NCBI GenBank assembly: GCA_000165345.1
Contig: CM000436.1
Location: forward strand, 320,001-384,000
Length of the DNA: 64,000 nt
Direction of reading: 5' to 3'
Each line of letters begins with the position of its first letter. Position 1 is the first letter of the stretch. This document shows, one piece after another, positions 1-10,305 of the stretch. The position numbers and the translations under genes were made by a program. The notes under the pieces were generated by a model. It did not search any database. It worked only from the letters and a program-made list of their open reading frames with translations, and was not told the DNA's origin.

Positions 1-53
1 AACAATTATTCTCAAAAAATACAATTAATCAAATAATTCAACCCATTTTAAAT

Positions 54-3000
54 TTGGCCTTGGATTGTGCATGCAGAGACGAGACAAGTTTAAAACATGC
101 AATTAATATAATAAATTTGATGAATGATATTTATTTTCCATTAAATCAGGTACCAAATATAATATTTGAAAATATATATTTTTATAATAATATATTTACT
201 AAAAATAAGGTAACTTATTTACATAATGCATTGGATTTATGTATTGATAAATCTGATCATATTAGTAACGATAATTATAATCGTGATCATCATCAATTCA
301 TGACAAAAAGAAATCAAAGGAGGAATAGAATTAATATTTTCCATGATGATGATGATGATGATGATAATAATAATAATAGTAATAATAATATTTGTATTTT
401 AAAAAAGATGAGATTTTTCTTCTTAATTAGTGATGATAATAATGATGATGAAGATAAATTGCAAGTATTTCATAAAAGTCAAGATCATGAATTCTTGGAG
501 AAAATTTATTATAATAATTATTCAAATGATTACCATAATTTTCAACATTTTTGTGATATTATGTCAAAATCTAAACTAAAAGTATTTCATGAATTACAAA
601 ACTTGGTACTTAATTATCTTTCTTTTGATACATGTTGGGTACTTGTATTATTTTTATCCATACATAATAGAATAATATTCAATAATAATGGAAATATGAA
701 TTCTTTCTTAATTGATATAATTGAAGGAAAAGATAATATGAATATTGATAATAATGATTATTATAGTAATAATAATCATATTGGAAGACTTTTAACACTT
801 TTTGGTATTTCATTAAACCATCAACTCCAATTTTTAGATGATTATGAAATTAAGAAAAGCTTAGAAATCATATTATTAAAAAATTCAAGCTCAAATTCAA
901 ATAATTCTGATTTTAATAATGATAAACAAATAATAAGTTCCAAATTGATTCCATTTTTTAATTCCAATGAAATAATGATAATTGATAATAAAATTATATC
1001 AGGAATGAATGGATCTGAAATTTTGGATAATATTCTGGAAGATTTAAGTAAACATAAAAATTTAACCATGTTAATTAATTATGAAAATATTCAATGTATT
1101 AATAAATCCCAAAAAAATCTGTTAATAAATCCATTTTTATTAATAAACAATAGAAATCAATTAAACTATATTTCTTTATTTATTAATAATTTAACCTTCA
1201 CAATCTTGAAAATGATGATGTTTGAAATAAAAGATAAAAATACTGGAAATGAATTAAATATGATATATAGAAGTCAAAATAGTAATAGTATTAGTATCAA
1301 TAATAATAATAATCATCATCATCATCATCATCATCTTGGAAAATTGATAAATATCTCGATTTTTGGAGAATTGACAAGAAGACTTTATCAGAATTATTTA
1401 AAATTAAACCATTTCCAAATGAAATTAGATGATCCAATAATAAAAATCCCTTGGACAATTTCTGAAGCTTCCAATTTACTTAAACCTAAAGATGTATTGA
1501 TTAAACAAGCTTTACATATTGAATCACTTGGATCTTTTCCTTCAAATAATCTTGGTGAATATGGATTTAGACTTAATGATGAAGATAGAAATTTGAATAA
1601 TTTTGAAGAATATGATGATCTTTATGAAGATGATGATGATGATAATGATAATATAAGTGGTTTGACCAATAATATTAATTATAATGATAGCAATATTAAT
1701 AATAATTATAATTTTAATATTGATAATGAAAAAAGATTAGCCAGATTGGATTTATTAAGAGTATTTGATTCGACTTTAAAATATGTTTCAAATAAATCAA
1801 AATTTGAATTATTAAGACGAGTATTAAGAGAAATGCCACATTTAATAGGATTTGAGGATAGACTTCATTTCTATTATCATTATATAGCAGAATTAAGATT
1901 TAATCATTATCAACCAGAATTATTTCATGAAATTCCAAGCTTTGAAATTAGAAGAACCCATATAATAAAAGATGGATTAAATAATATTGGAAGATTGGAT
2001 CCAAATAGATTAAGAGTAGCTTTTAGAATAATATTTTTGGATGAACAAGGAGATATAGAACCAGGTATTGATGGTGGAGGACTTTTAAAAGATTTTATTA
2101 CTAGTATTTCCAAAGAGCTTTGTTCAGAAAGTTTTGGTCTCTTTAAATCTTGTAAAGATAATACAATAATACCCAGAGAATATGATAGTTTAATAGAAAT
2201 ATCCAATAAGTTTAAAGACTTATTAATTGATGAACCACTAAGTTTAAAGAAATCCAATAATATTTTATATTTATTTGAATTTTTGGGAAAAATTGTAGGT
2301 AAAGCAATTTATGAAAAGATATTATTGGAAATAGAATTCAATCCAGTATTTTTAAATTCAGTTTTTGAACAAAATAATGATTTTACTGATTTATTAAATC
2401 TTGATGAAGAATTATATAAGAGTTTAAATTATATAAAAAGCTTAGAAAATTACCAAGAAGTGAAGAATCTTTGTTTAACTTTTTCGTTAACTTTAGATTT
2501 GGGATCTTTAACAGACGTTGGTAATAATAATAAACATCTTGAGATTGATTTAATTCCAAATGGAAGAAATATTCCAGTAAATAATGAAAATAAAATTGTA
2601 TATATAAAATTATTAACACATTATAAGTTAATAACAAGTATTAAACTTCAAGCTGAAGCTTTTCTTAGAGGTCTTAGTACAGTAATTCCAAATGAATCTT
2701 TAAGATTATTTTCACCATATGAATTACAATCATTAATTTCTGGAGTATATCAAAAATTGGATGTTAATAATCTTAGATTAAATACTTGTTATACTGGTTA
2801 TACAGAAACTTCTCAACAAATTATATGGCTTTGGGATATTTTAGAGAATGAATTTTCAACGGAAGAACAAGGAGAGTTTTTGTTATTTGTAACTTCTTCC
2901 AGAAAAGCTCCTTTGCTTGGATTTCAACATCTTAATCCAAAGTTTGGTATACAAATTGTTCCAGATAATACAAGATTACCAAGTGCTTCAACATGCTTTA

Positions 3001-3095
3001 ATTTATTAAAATTACCATCTTATAATTCAAAAGAAATCCTTAAATTGAAATTAAGACAAGCAATTTTCAATTCTAAAGGATTTGATTTAAGTTAA
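54..3095 (+). CDS. HECT-domain E3 ubiquitin-protein ligase. The reading frame is open to the window start, so the gene may be 5'-truncated; the first in-frame ATG is at 120.
   Basis: The C-terminal ~350 aa show HECT hallmarks: LRVAFRIIFLDEQGDIEPGIDGGGLLKDF...; the catalytic Cys context PSASTCFNLLKLPSY; and the terminal ...AIFNSKGFDLS a few residues before the stop. The N-terminal two thirds are low-complexity and N/D-rich, with a His7 run. The ORF track begins at a TTG with no upstream in-frame stop. Confidence 0.8.
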   Translation: MALDCACRDETSLKHAINIINLMNDIYFPLNQVPNIIFENIYFYNNIFTKNKVTYLHNALDLCIDKSDHISNDNYNRDHHQFMTKRNQRRNRINIFHDDDDDDDNNNNSNNNICILKKMRFFFLISDDNNDDEDKLQVFHKSQDHEFLEKIYYNNYSNDYHNFQHFCDIMSKSKLKVFHELQNLVLNYLSFDTCWVLVLFLSIHNRIIFNNNGNMNSFLIDIIEGKDNMNIDNNDYYSNNNHIGRLLTLFGISLNHQLQFLDDYEIKKSLEIILLKNSSSNSNNSDFNNDKQIISSKLIPFFNSNEIMIIDNKIISGMNGSEILDNILEDLSKHKNLTMLINYENIQCINKSQKNLLINPFLLINNRNQLNYISLFINNLTFTILKMMMFEIKDKNTGNELNMIYRSQNSNSISINNNNNHHHHHHHLGKLINISIFGELTRRLYQNYLKLNHFQMKLDDPIIKIPWTISEASNLLKPKDVLIKQALHIESLGSFPSNNLGEYGFRLNDEDRNLNNFEEYDDLYEDDDDDNDNISGLTNNINYNDSNINNNYNFNIDNEKRLARLDLLRVFDSTLKYVSNKSKFELLRRVLREMPHLIGFEDRLHFYYHYIAELRFNHYQPELFHEIPSFEIRRTHIIKDGLNNIGRLDPNRLRVAFRIIFLDEQGDIEPGIDGGGLLKDFITSISKELCSESFGLFKSCKDNTIIPREYDSLIEISNKFKDLLIDEPLSLKKSNNILYLFEFLGKIVGKAIYEKILLEIEFNPVFLNSVFEQNNDFTDLLNLDEELYKSLNYIKSLENYQEVKNLCLTFSLTLDLGSLTDVGNNNKHLEIDLIPNGRNIPVNNENKIVYIKLLTHYKLITSIKLQAEAFLRGLSTVIPNESLRLFSPYELQSLISGVYQKLDVNNLRLNTCYTGYTETSQQIIWLWDILENEFSTEEQGEFLLFVTSSRKAPLLGFQHLNPKFGIQIVPDNTRLPSASTCFNLLKLPSYNSKEILKLKLRQAIFNSKGFDLS

Positions 3096-3126
3096 AACTT
3101 TATTTATAATAATAATGTTATAATTA

Positions 3127-4059
3127 TTATTTTTCTAAAGCTTTCTTAATTTCATCATATAATATTAGTACAAGTGCTCCACCTGTTCCTCTTAGTACAT
3201 TTGATAATGAACCTTTAAATAATGCTCCAACTCCTTCTTTTCTAATAATCTTTTTCAAACAATCATAAGCTCCAGTATATAAAACATCTTTCCCTTTCTT
3301 ACCAGCCATCATCATCATTCTTCTACGAATAGTATCAAATGGATAACATATTATACCAGCACTAGTTGTAACAGTTTGTGCAATTATCCATTTATAAAGC
3401 ATATTTTCTTGTTTCTGATTCTTAAAAAACATTTCTTTTGTTGTGTCATATAATCCAAAATAAGCTGCTCTATATACAAAAATTCCTTGTATTGATACAA
3501 AAAATCCTTGATATAAAGATCTAATACCACTTTGTTTTGAAATCTTCATAATGCAATCAAACATTCCCTTAAATTCTTTACTTCCATTCTTACCAATATC
3601 AGTAGCTAATCTTGTTCTTGCAAAATCTAATGGATAAACTATTCCAGAAGATGCAGCACCAGCCAAACCACCTGATAACATATTAACACCAAAAAATTTC
3701 CAGAAATCTGATTCTTTATTATAACGTGGCATCATATCTCTTATCATATCTTTAAATGCAAATCCAAATGCTTGTGTTGGAAAATATCTTATTACATTAG
3801 TTGTATTTCCTCTCCATAAACTTAATATTCCCTGTTCTTTTGATACTCTTCTTAAACAATCAAATATTCCAGCATATCTAGGAATTAAACCTTTAATAAT
3901 ATCTGGATTTGTATCTTGAGTTTGTAGAAGAAGTTTAACTCTTTCTATTGGTGCAACAGCTGTCTTACTAATTGTGGCAGAAATTCCACCTACAATAAAA
4001 TCTGTAAGGAAATTATTTTTTTTCTTTTTATTTTGTTTTTCTTCTTTTTTATTTTCCAT
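3127..4059 (-). CDS. AAC: Mitochondrial-carrier-family ADP/ATP translocase (AAC-like), with a Lys-rich N-terminal extension.
   Basis: Tripartite mitochondrial carrier repeats are present, including [10 protein letters not shown] and [10 protein letters not shown]. The AAC-specific signature RRRMMM occurs in [12 protein letters not shown]. The ORF track starts at a TTG at 4098; the first ATG (MENKKEE...) is at 4059 and gives about 310 aa, typical for AAC. Confidence 0.8.
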   Translation of the reverse strand: MENKKEEKQNKKKKNNFLTDFIVGGISATISKTAVAPIERVKLLLQTQDTNPDIIKGLIPRYAGIFDCLRRVSKEQGILSLWRGNTTNVIRYFPTQAFGFAFKDMIRDMMPRYNKESDFWKFFGVNMLSGGLAGAASSGIVYPLDFARTRLATDIGKNGSKEFKGMFDCIMKISKQSGIRSLYQGFFVSIQGIFVYRAAYFGLYDTTKEMFFKNQKQENMLYKWIIAQTVTTSAGIICYPFDTIRRRMMMMAGKKGKDVLYTGAYDCLKKIIRKEGVGALFKGSLSNVLRGTGGALVLILYDEIKKALEK

Positions 4060-4340
4060 TTTTAAAAAAATGTTCAGATGATAATTATTTAATTTCAATT
4101 TTCTTTAAAAGTTTTATTATATTAATTTCAATATTACCATATCACACCTTAATATTTCTCAAAAGAATTAATGTTTATATGTTAAATATTATAAACACAT
4201 GTACCAATAAATGTTTATAAATTTAAATACATAAGTGCATTAACAGATATTGAATATTTGTATTTATTTGATTATTCTTATTTTTGTTATTTCTTCCTTT
4301 GAATTTGCATTGATTTAATTTTAAAGTCAAATTTAGAAAT

Positions 4341-4352
4341 TTTTGGCGGGAA
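4341..4352. promoter_or_regulatory. E2F-like site TTTTGGCGGGAA upstream of the ADP/ATP carrier gene.
   Basis: Exact match to the canonical E2F core TTTGGCGGGAA, about 280 bp upstream of the ATG at 4059. Confidence 0.5.
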
Positions 4353-4424
4353 TTCAACCGTTTTTTTTTTTAAATTATTAATTGTCAATTATTTTCAATG
4401 AATTTATAAATTAAATATAAATAT

Positions 4425-6802
4425 TTAATTAGTGCAATATATTTCTTGTGCTGGAATAAGTTCATAATTAGCTCTATATTTTAAATATGCATTTTGACGA
4501 TGACTATTCCATGTTGTTGGAGCTTCTTGTATATTATCGGAAATTATTGTTTGATTATTAGAATTATTTATTCCTGTATTATTTGAATTAATAATATTAG
4601 AAAATGCAATTCTTTGTGCAATTAATGGTAAAATTTCATTGAGAGTTTCAATGAGTGGTATAAAATAGTCTAAAGTTAGTAAATATGTTCCATTACTTAA
4701 TCTTTTAGAATCAAAATTATCAAAATCAAATGATTCATAAGCCATTTGCATTGTTCTCCAGCCTGGAATGGTGTACTTACCATCAAACCATCCAAATGGA
4801 CCCATTTTGTTTTGTTCAGTAATATACCATCTTTGATCATATTTATATGTAACATTTGGTGCAATACAATGATTCATAACTTTAGTAATATTTGAAACTC
4901 CTTTATCATAATTTTTATCTAAATATGTGCTTTTTGGTATTAATAACCTTTTATTCATTAATTTTTGTGCGTGTAAATACTGTTGCTGGTTTTGCATGTT
5001 TTTCATTGATACAGATTTTGTAGTCTTGACTGTTTTCACTGGTGATTTTGTTGTTACTATTGTCACTCTTTTTGTAGTGGTAGTAGTTATTATTATAGGT
5101 TTTTTGGTTGTTGTTACTGTAGGTTTTCTAGTTGTAGTAGTAACTATTGGTTTTCTAGTTGTGGTAGTAGCTGTAGGTTTCTTAGTTGTGGTAGTTGCAA
5201 CTATGGGTTTCTTAGTTGTGGTAGTTGCAACTGTGGGTTTCTTAGTTGTGGTAGTAGCTGTAGGTTTTCTAGTTGTGGTAGTAGCTGTAGGCTTCTTAGT
5301 TGTGTTTGTCGTTCCAATGGGTTTCTTGGTAGTAGTTGTGTTAGTTGTCATTGTGGTTTTCTTAGTTGTGGTTGTAGTTCCAATGGGTTTCTTGGTAGTA
5401 GCTGTATAAGTTGCCACTGTGGGTTTCTTAGTTGTGGTTGTCGTTCCAATAGGTTTCTTGGTAGTAGTTGTATTAGTTGCCACTGTGGGTTTCTTAGTTG
5501 TGGTTGTCGTTCCAATAGGTTTCTTGGTAGTAGTTGTATTACTTGTCACTGTGGGCTTCTTAGTTGTGGTTGCCGTTCCTATGGGTTTCTTGGTAGTAGT
5601 TGTGTTAGTTCCCACTGGCTTTCTTGTTGTTGTTGTTGTTGTTGTAACCGTAGGTTTCTTAGTAGTTGTAAAAGTTGTAGTATTTAATGGTTTTGTTTCT
5701 TTATTTATTTTATCAATAGAACTTTCTTTTTCATTCAATGTTTCATCTCTATCTTTTTTAGTTAAAGATTCCAAAAAACTATTTAACCCATCCATAATTG
5801 TTGAATCACCAGAATTTGTATCTTTATTTGATTCTTCCTGTTGCATTTCTTCCTGCTCAAGTTCTAATTCGCTACTCTCTGAATCTTCAGTATTTGTTTC
5901 CTCATTACTGGTATCTGAATTGGTAACATCTGCAGAAGAAGAAGAAGAAGAAGAAGAAGTAGAAGTAGAAGTAGAAGTAGTAGTAGTAGTCATCTTCGTC
6001 GTTGTCGTCGTTGTTGATTGATTTTTTGAAGATATTGGCCTTTTTGTATTTGTAACACTTATTTGATTTGAAATATGAACCTTTTTTTCATTGTTACTCG
6101 ACATTTTGTCAATATTGTTACTTTTCGAGCTTTCAAATTGATTGTCTATTGTATTGCTACTTACAACTAAAGGCTCTTTATCTCCAATATATCTAACGAT
6201 TGTATCGTTAAAGTTAATTGGTTGGTAGTAAAGATGATCGTTAATTATTGGATTTTTAGCATTAAACCATTTAATTCCCATATTTGTATTAAAAAAAACA
6301 ATTCCTGCAATTGGGTAACTCATTATCAATGGTATTACATATTTTTGAGTAATACTATTACTATGAGTAACTACAACAATCTTTCTTGTTTCAAATTTTA
6401 AACAATTATTTACAAGCCAAAATAAAAATGATGAACTTGAAATTGTTTCAGACTTATTTCCAATTTTCGAATTAGTTAATTTTCCAGATTTTCCATAACC
6501 TGGTGGTGATACTGCTGCTACAGTAAAACCATTCTTATAAGCTTCATCTAATACTTTTGATTTTAACCAAGTATCCGCTATTAATTTTCCAATAAACAAA
6601 ACTAAACCTTTTTCTTCACTCTGATCTTGCTTCATTAATACTATTTCAATATCTAATTCTGATGAACAAGATAAAATTTGAGTTTTTGTAGTTATTAATG
6701 ATTTTGTATTTTTTGTTATACTATTAGATGTTTGTACTTTATCATTATTTTCATAAATATTACTTTCAATAAATATATTATTTGTATCATATGATGAAAA
6801 TA
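4425..6802 (-). CDS. Secreted or membrane mucin-like glycoprotein, main exon. It has an alpha/beta-hydrolase-like N-terminal domain, about 17 tandem copies of an 11-aa Thr-rich repeat (TTTTKKPxxTx), and a Cys/Trp-containing C-terminal domain.
   Basis: This is a 796-aa ORF. The N-terminal part resembles an alpha/beta-hydrolase core: LVLFIGK...GFTVAAVSPPGYGKSG and VVVTHSNS at the nucleophile-elbow position. The centre is a Thr/Lys/Pro O-glycosylation-type repeat encoded by a 33-nt tandem DNA repeat. A probable upstream exon is joined through a 70-nt GTAAGT...TTTTAG intron (see the 6873-7272 feature). Confidence 0.6.
5090..5670. repeat. 33-nt tandem repeat, about 17 imperfect copies, encoding the Thr-rich mucin repeats.
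   Basis: The plus-strand unit is GGTTTCTTAGTTGTGGTAGTAGCTGTAGGTTTT-like and repeats head-to-tail. It explains the spurious antisense poly-Val ORFs at 4927-5409 and 5419-6021. Confidence 0.9.
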
Positions 6803-6872
6803 CTAAAATAATCATTAGTTAAATTAAAAAAAAAAAAATTTTCAATTAATTTTAATATTAAATTAAACTTAC

Positions 6873-7272
6873 CTAAAGATTGATAATAAAAATAACTAAA
6901 AATTGCTGGTACAAATATAAAAATTAATGTCAATATACCATTCAATTGTCTTAACTTTTTTCCTCTATGCGATTTTGGTTTTATACATGTTTTACCAATT
7001 ATCCAAGAAATGCCCCATGATATGATTGGAAAACCAAAAAATCCCATAAAAAATAATACTACTTGTATTCTATCTCGCTTATATTTTGTTCTCAGTAATG
7101 ATTTAGATGTTTTTCTTTGAATTATTTCCAGTATTGTTGTATTACTGTCCGTTAAATGATAATAATCATTTTTATCTCCAATATCAAAGTTCTCAAGTTT
7201 TTTATCTTCCTTATTATGCTCTATATTTAATTTTAAATTTTCAATATTATTTTTTCTATTTTCAGTGACCAT
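6873..7272 (-). CDS. Probable exon 1 of the mucin-like gene. It encodes an N-terminal segment with two hydrophobic helices (signal anchor).
   Basis: This is a 161-aa ORF on the same strand, starting with ATG at 7272. Its tail overlaps the ATG of the downstream ORF in another frame. A consensus donor CTTTAG|GTAAGT lies at 6873/6872 and a poly-T tract plus TTTTAG acceptor ends at 6803. Splicing joins ...YYQSL to VFSSYDTNN... in frame (phase 1). E2F-like and GCATGC motifs lie 180-260 bp upstream, at 7452-7526. Confidence 0.5.
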
Positions 7273-7451
7273 TTATTATTATTATTATTATTATTTTCCT
7301 TCAAGTTTTTTTAATTATTAACTTAATTTTTCTTCTTCAATTAAAAAAAAAAACAAGAATAAAAGAAAATCTTTTTTAGTTACTTAAAATATTAATGTTA
7401 TTGTATTTGTTGTCCACATAAAAAATGCATTCGTAATTTTACTTGCAATTT

Positions 7452-7526
7452 TGCATGCATGTAAAAAATGACGTAATTAGTTATTTAATAAAAGAAATTT
7501 TTGAGTGTGCCGGACCCTCCCGCCAA
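7452..7526. promoter_or_regulatory. Promoter motif cluster upstream of mucin exon 1: TGCATGCATG, TGACGTAATTAG and TCCCGCCAA (E2F-like, reverse).
   Basis: The motifs are read directly at 7452-7461, 7468-7480 and 7518-7526, 180-255 bp upstream of the ATG at 7272. Confidence 0.5.
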
Positions 7527-7656
7527 TTCCACTACCAAGTAATAAATCAAATAATAAGAAATTATAACAAATAATTAAAAAAAAAAAGAAAAATGAAAAG
7601 AAAGAAAAGATAGAATGACCCAAGAAATATATATTTAAAAAATAAAATCAAAATTT

Positions 7657-9849
7657 TCAAAAATTAGCTACATTTTGTATAAATGGATGTGAGAAAGCTT
7701 CAAAAATATTAGGCCTATTTGCAGGATCATAAGTCAAAAGCCAGTTAATATATGATTTGCACTCTGAAGAAACATGATTTTCAAATATTGCACCCTTTTC
7801 AGCCTCTAAAGGTATCAATGAAAACGCTTCAGCAATAGAATTACTTCTTAAACCAAATGGCCTTCTTAAATGAAGAATCTCAAAAAATATACAACCAATT
7901 GCCCAAATATCAACTTTGTGAGAAACTATTCTTGGATTATCTAAAGAATCTCCTGGCCTTAATAGAATTTCTGGTGGCTGATACCAAACAGTACCACCTC
8001 CAATTCTCTCAATAATAATATTCCCAGATTCCTGATCAGATTGCTTACTAAGTCCAAAATCAGCAATTTTACAACATCCTCTATGGAGAATAATATTTCC
8101 AGGCTTTAAATCATAATGAATTATTGGATTCCTATTTGGAGTTATTCTATCACCATTTTTATCCAAGTTATTTAAATAAAGAATACCTTCAAGAATTTGT
8201 CTTATCCAAATAATTGCTAATTCTTCAGGAACATTACCATTTGTTTTTATAAATGTATCTAAATCTGGACCATCACACAGTTCCATAATTGTTACAAGCC
8301 TATCATTATCTACTTCAAAACAGTGAAGCATATTGACAATATTTGGATGTTTAAGATCTCTATGTAGCTTAATCTCATTACTTACTCTTTCTACGCAAAC
8401 CATTCTTTCATGTTCTGTCATATCAGGAGTAAGTTCATGAATTTTTGCAGCTGAAATACTCCAGGTATTCATATTTAATACTTCCCAAACCTCGGCAAAT
8501 CCCCCTTTTCCTATCATATTCAATAGAGTATATGCTTGAGAATCAGATAAAGTACTCAAACTGTTGTATCTTGAATTTTGTTGATGTCTAAATAGCCTGG
8601 ATTTTTTAACATATAGACTTCTTTCAATATCCAAGTTCATTCCTGATAATTCTAGTTTTTTTGTAAAATCTAATATATAATCTTGTCTTTTATTTAATAT
8701 AGAATAAGCAGTATTCTCTAAATTAGAATCCTGTTTCTTCCCAATCATTTCAATTCCATTCAAAATTTGATATGGAGTCTGATTTAGGTATCCTTGTAGA
8801 CGATTCTTTAAATTCATTAAATTCTGAAAGTTCAACCCATCTCTATAAATTTCATCATCAATATATCCTAGATTAATATGCGAAGTATAATGATTATTCT
8901 CAGCCATGTTGTTATTATTATCATCATTATTATTATTGTTATTCTTATTATTACTATCATTATTATTATCTGGATTAGTCGAGGCTAGTGTATTATAATG
9001 AACAATTTCACTTGAAGATATCTGGCTTTCTTCAATTTCTGATTTTTGTAACTCCTTCAAAGTATAACACGAATTATTCATGGAGTTTATACTACTTCTT
9101 TTACTTAAAGCCATACTTCCGCTGATTATTGATCCTTTAATATAACTATTTGCATCAAATTCTTTGTTTTCACTCGAATGTTGGGCTCTTTCAGTTATTA
9201 TATCTTGTGATATTCTATTGGAATTATCACTTTTTTCTTGTTCTTTTAAAATGATTTGCCTCTTTTTTTTCAATATATTGGCATTTGCAGCAGGAGCAAG
9301 ACCTACTTGAGATTCTTGCCAAAATAATTGATTTCTATTTAACTCTCTTTCAATCTTCTTAAGCTGAATTACTGATGTTTTAAAGCTATTCTTAATCAGA
9401 GCAAGCTTTCTTGTGAGATTTTGCTCATTGTCCTTTAGATTCTCTTTCATCAAAGTAATCTCATTACATTTCTCCATAATTTCTTCTATACTCTTATTAT
9501 TTCTTTCCATACAATCATAATCAACACAAGCTGAAATATTTTCCTTAATTTTAATAAGTTTTTCTTTCAATTTTACAATATTATCCAATATTCTATGCCT
9601 ATTTTCAGTATTATTAGATAAAGGTATCGCAAAATTTTGATCTCCTATTGACTGTTTTTCTTCATCAAGATGAATAAAAATTCCTCTTTTTTGTTGTATT
9701 CCATTATTGGAAGGGGAATGTAATCTCCCATAAAATGATTTATATCTACTCAAATACTTTGTTGCGAGAACTTGCTCATGCGCAGAAATTCTATCAATTC
9801 GATCTGAACTCAGGTCTAAATTACTTTCATTTCTATTTTCTAAATTCAT
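7657..9849 (-). CDS. TLK: Tousled-like serine/threonine protein kinase.
   Basis: The C-terminal kinase domain contains GKGGFAEVWEV (Gly loop), the TLK-diagnostic catalytic loop IIHYDLKPGNIIL (HYD instead of HRD), KIADFGLSK (DFG) and WYQPPEIL. A long N-terminal coiled-coil region (residues ~100-200) matches TLK architecture. Confidence 0.8.
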   Translation of the reverse strand: MNLENRNESNLDLSSDRIDRISAHEQVLATKYLSRYKSFYGRLHSPSNNGIQQKRGIFIHLDEEKQSIGDQNFAIPLSNNTENRHRILDNIVKLKEKLIKIKENISACVDYDCMERNNKSIEEIMEKCNEITLMKENLKDNEQNLTRKLALIKNSFKTSVIQLKKIERELNRNQLFWQESQVGLAPAANANILKKKRQIILKEQEKSDNSNRISQDIITERAQHSSENKEFDANSYIKGSIISGSMALSKRSSINSMNNSCYTLKELQKSEIEESQISSSEIVHYNTLASTNPDNNNDSNNKNNNNNNDDNNNNMAENNHYTSHINLGYIDDEIYRDGLNFQNLMNLKNRLQGYLNQTPYQILNGIEMIGKKQDSNLENTAYSILNKRQDYILDFTKKLELSGMNLDIERSLYVKKSRLFRHQQNSRYNSLSTLSDSQAYTLLNMIGKGGFAEVWEVLNMNTWSISAAKIHELTPDMTEHERMVCVERVSNEIKLHRDLKHPNIVNMLHCFEVDNDRLVTIMELCDGPDLDTFIKTNGNVPEELAIIWIRQILEGILYLNNLDKNGDRITPNRNPIIHYDLKPGNIILHRGCCKIADFGLSKQSDQESGNIIIERIGGGTVWYQPPEILLRPGDSLDNPRIVSHKVDIWAIGCIFFEILHLRRPFGLRSNSIAEAFSLIPLEAEKGAIFENHVSSECKSYINWLLTYDPANRPNIFEAFSHPFIQNVANF

Positions 9850-10020
9850 TTTATTCTAAGCTCAAACCATCATCCAAATTTAAGAATCACTATTTACATT
9901 ACATATTATTTAATTAATTGCAAATTAATAACTTAATTTAACCAATTTTACTAAAATTTCAAATACTACCAATTTTTACCAATATTTCTTAAATTTCTAG
10001 TACTTATATATTTTACATAC

Positions 10021-10108
10021 ATACCGGCATTCTGACAGTGTGGGGAAATGCTAAAACACCGGTACTAACATTTGCAGAAATTTGGCGCCAAACACACACG
10101 TAATTATT
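10021..10108. promoter_or_regulatory. Bidirectional promoter core between TLK (minus) and POLE (plus): ACCGGCA / ACACCGGTAC, GTGTGGGGAAATG, the palindromic E2F site TTTGGCGCCAAA, and CACGTAATTA.
   Basis: The motifs lie at 10021-10030, 10056-10065, 10038-10050, 10081-10092 and 10095-10108. The segment sits between divergent ATGs at 9849 and 10306. Confidence 0.6.
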
Positions 10109-10305
10109 AGTAATAAAGAATTAAAAAATATATAGAAAACAGATTTACTTTTAATGAACTATAAGCAAATAAAACTAAGGCATTTATAGATATTAGGCCA
10201 AGTTCAGTAATGCCTTATGGCATTCTTAGGTCGAAATTAACTGAAAAGTTGGTAGATATTTGAAAGTTTGGAAATAACTAAGTTAGGAATTATAACACCA
10301 GTATA

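Noticed and set aside
4927-6021. Two plus-strand ORFs (160 and 200 aa) encoding poly-Val / Leu / Phe.
   Set aside because: They are antisense to the mucin 33-nt tandem repeat and are pure repeat artefacts with no start context.
10195-10250. Possible tRNA (GTCGAAAT resembling a T-loop, and an AGTTCAGT D-loop-like stretch).
   Set aside because: A cloverleaf with 7-bp acceptor and 5-bp T stems could not be drawn, and the T-loop lacks the TTC core. It is more likely a simple UTR hairpin.
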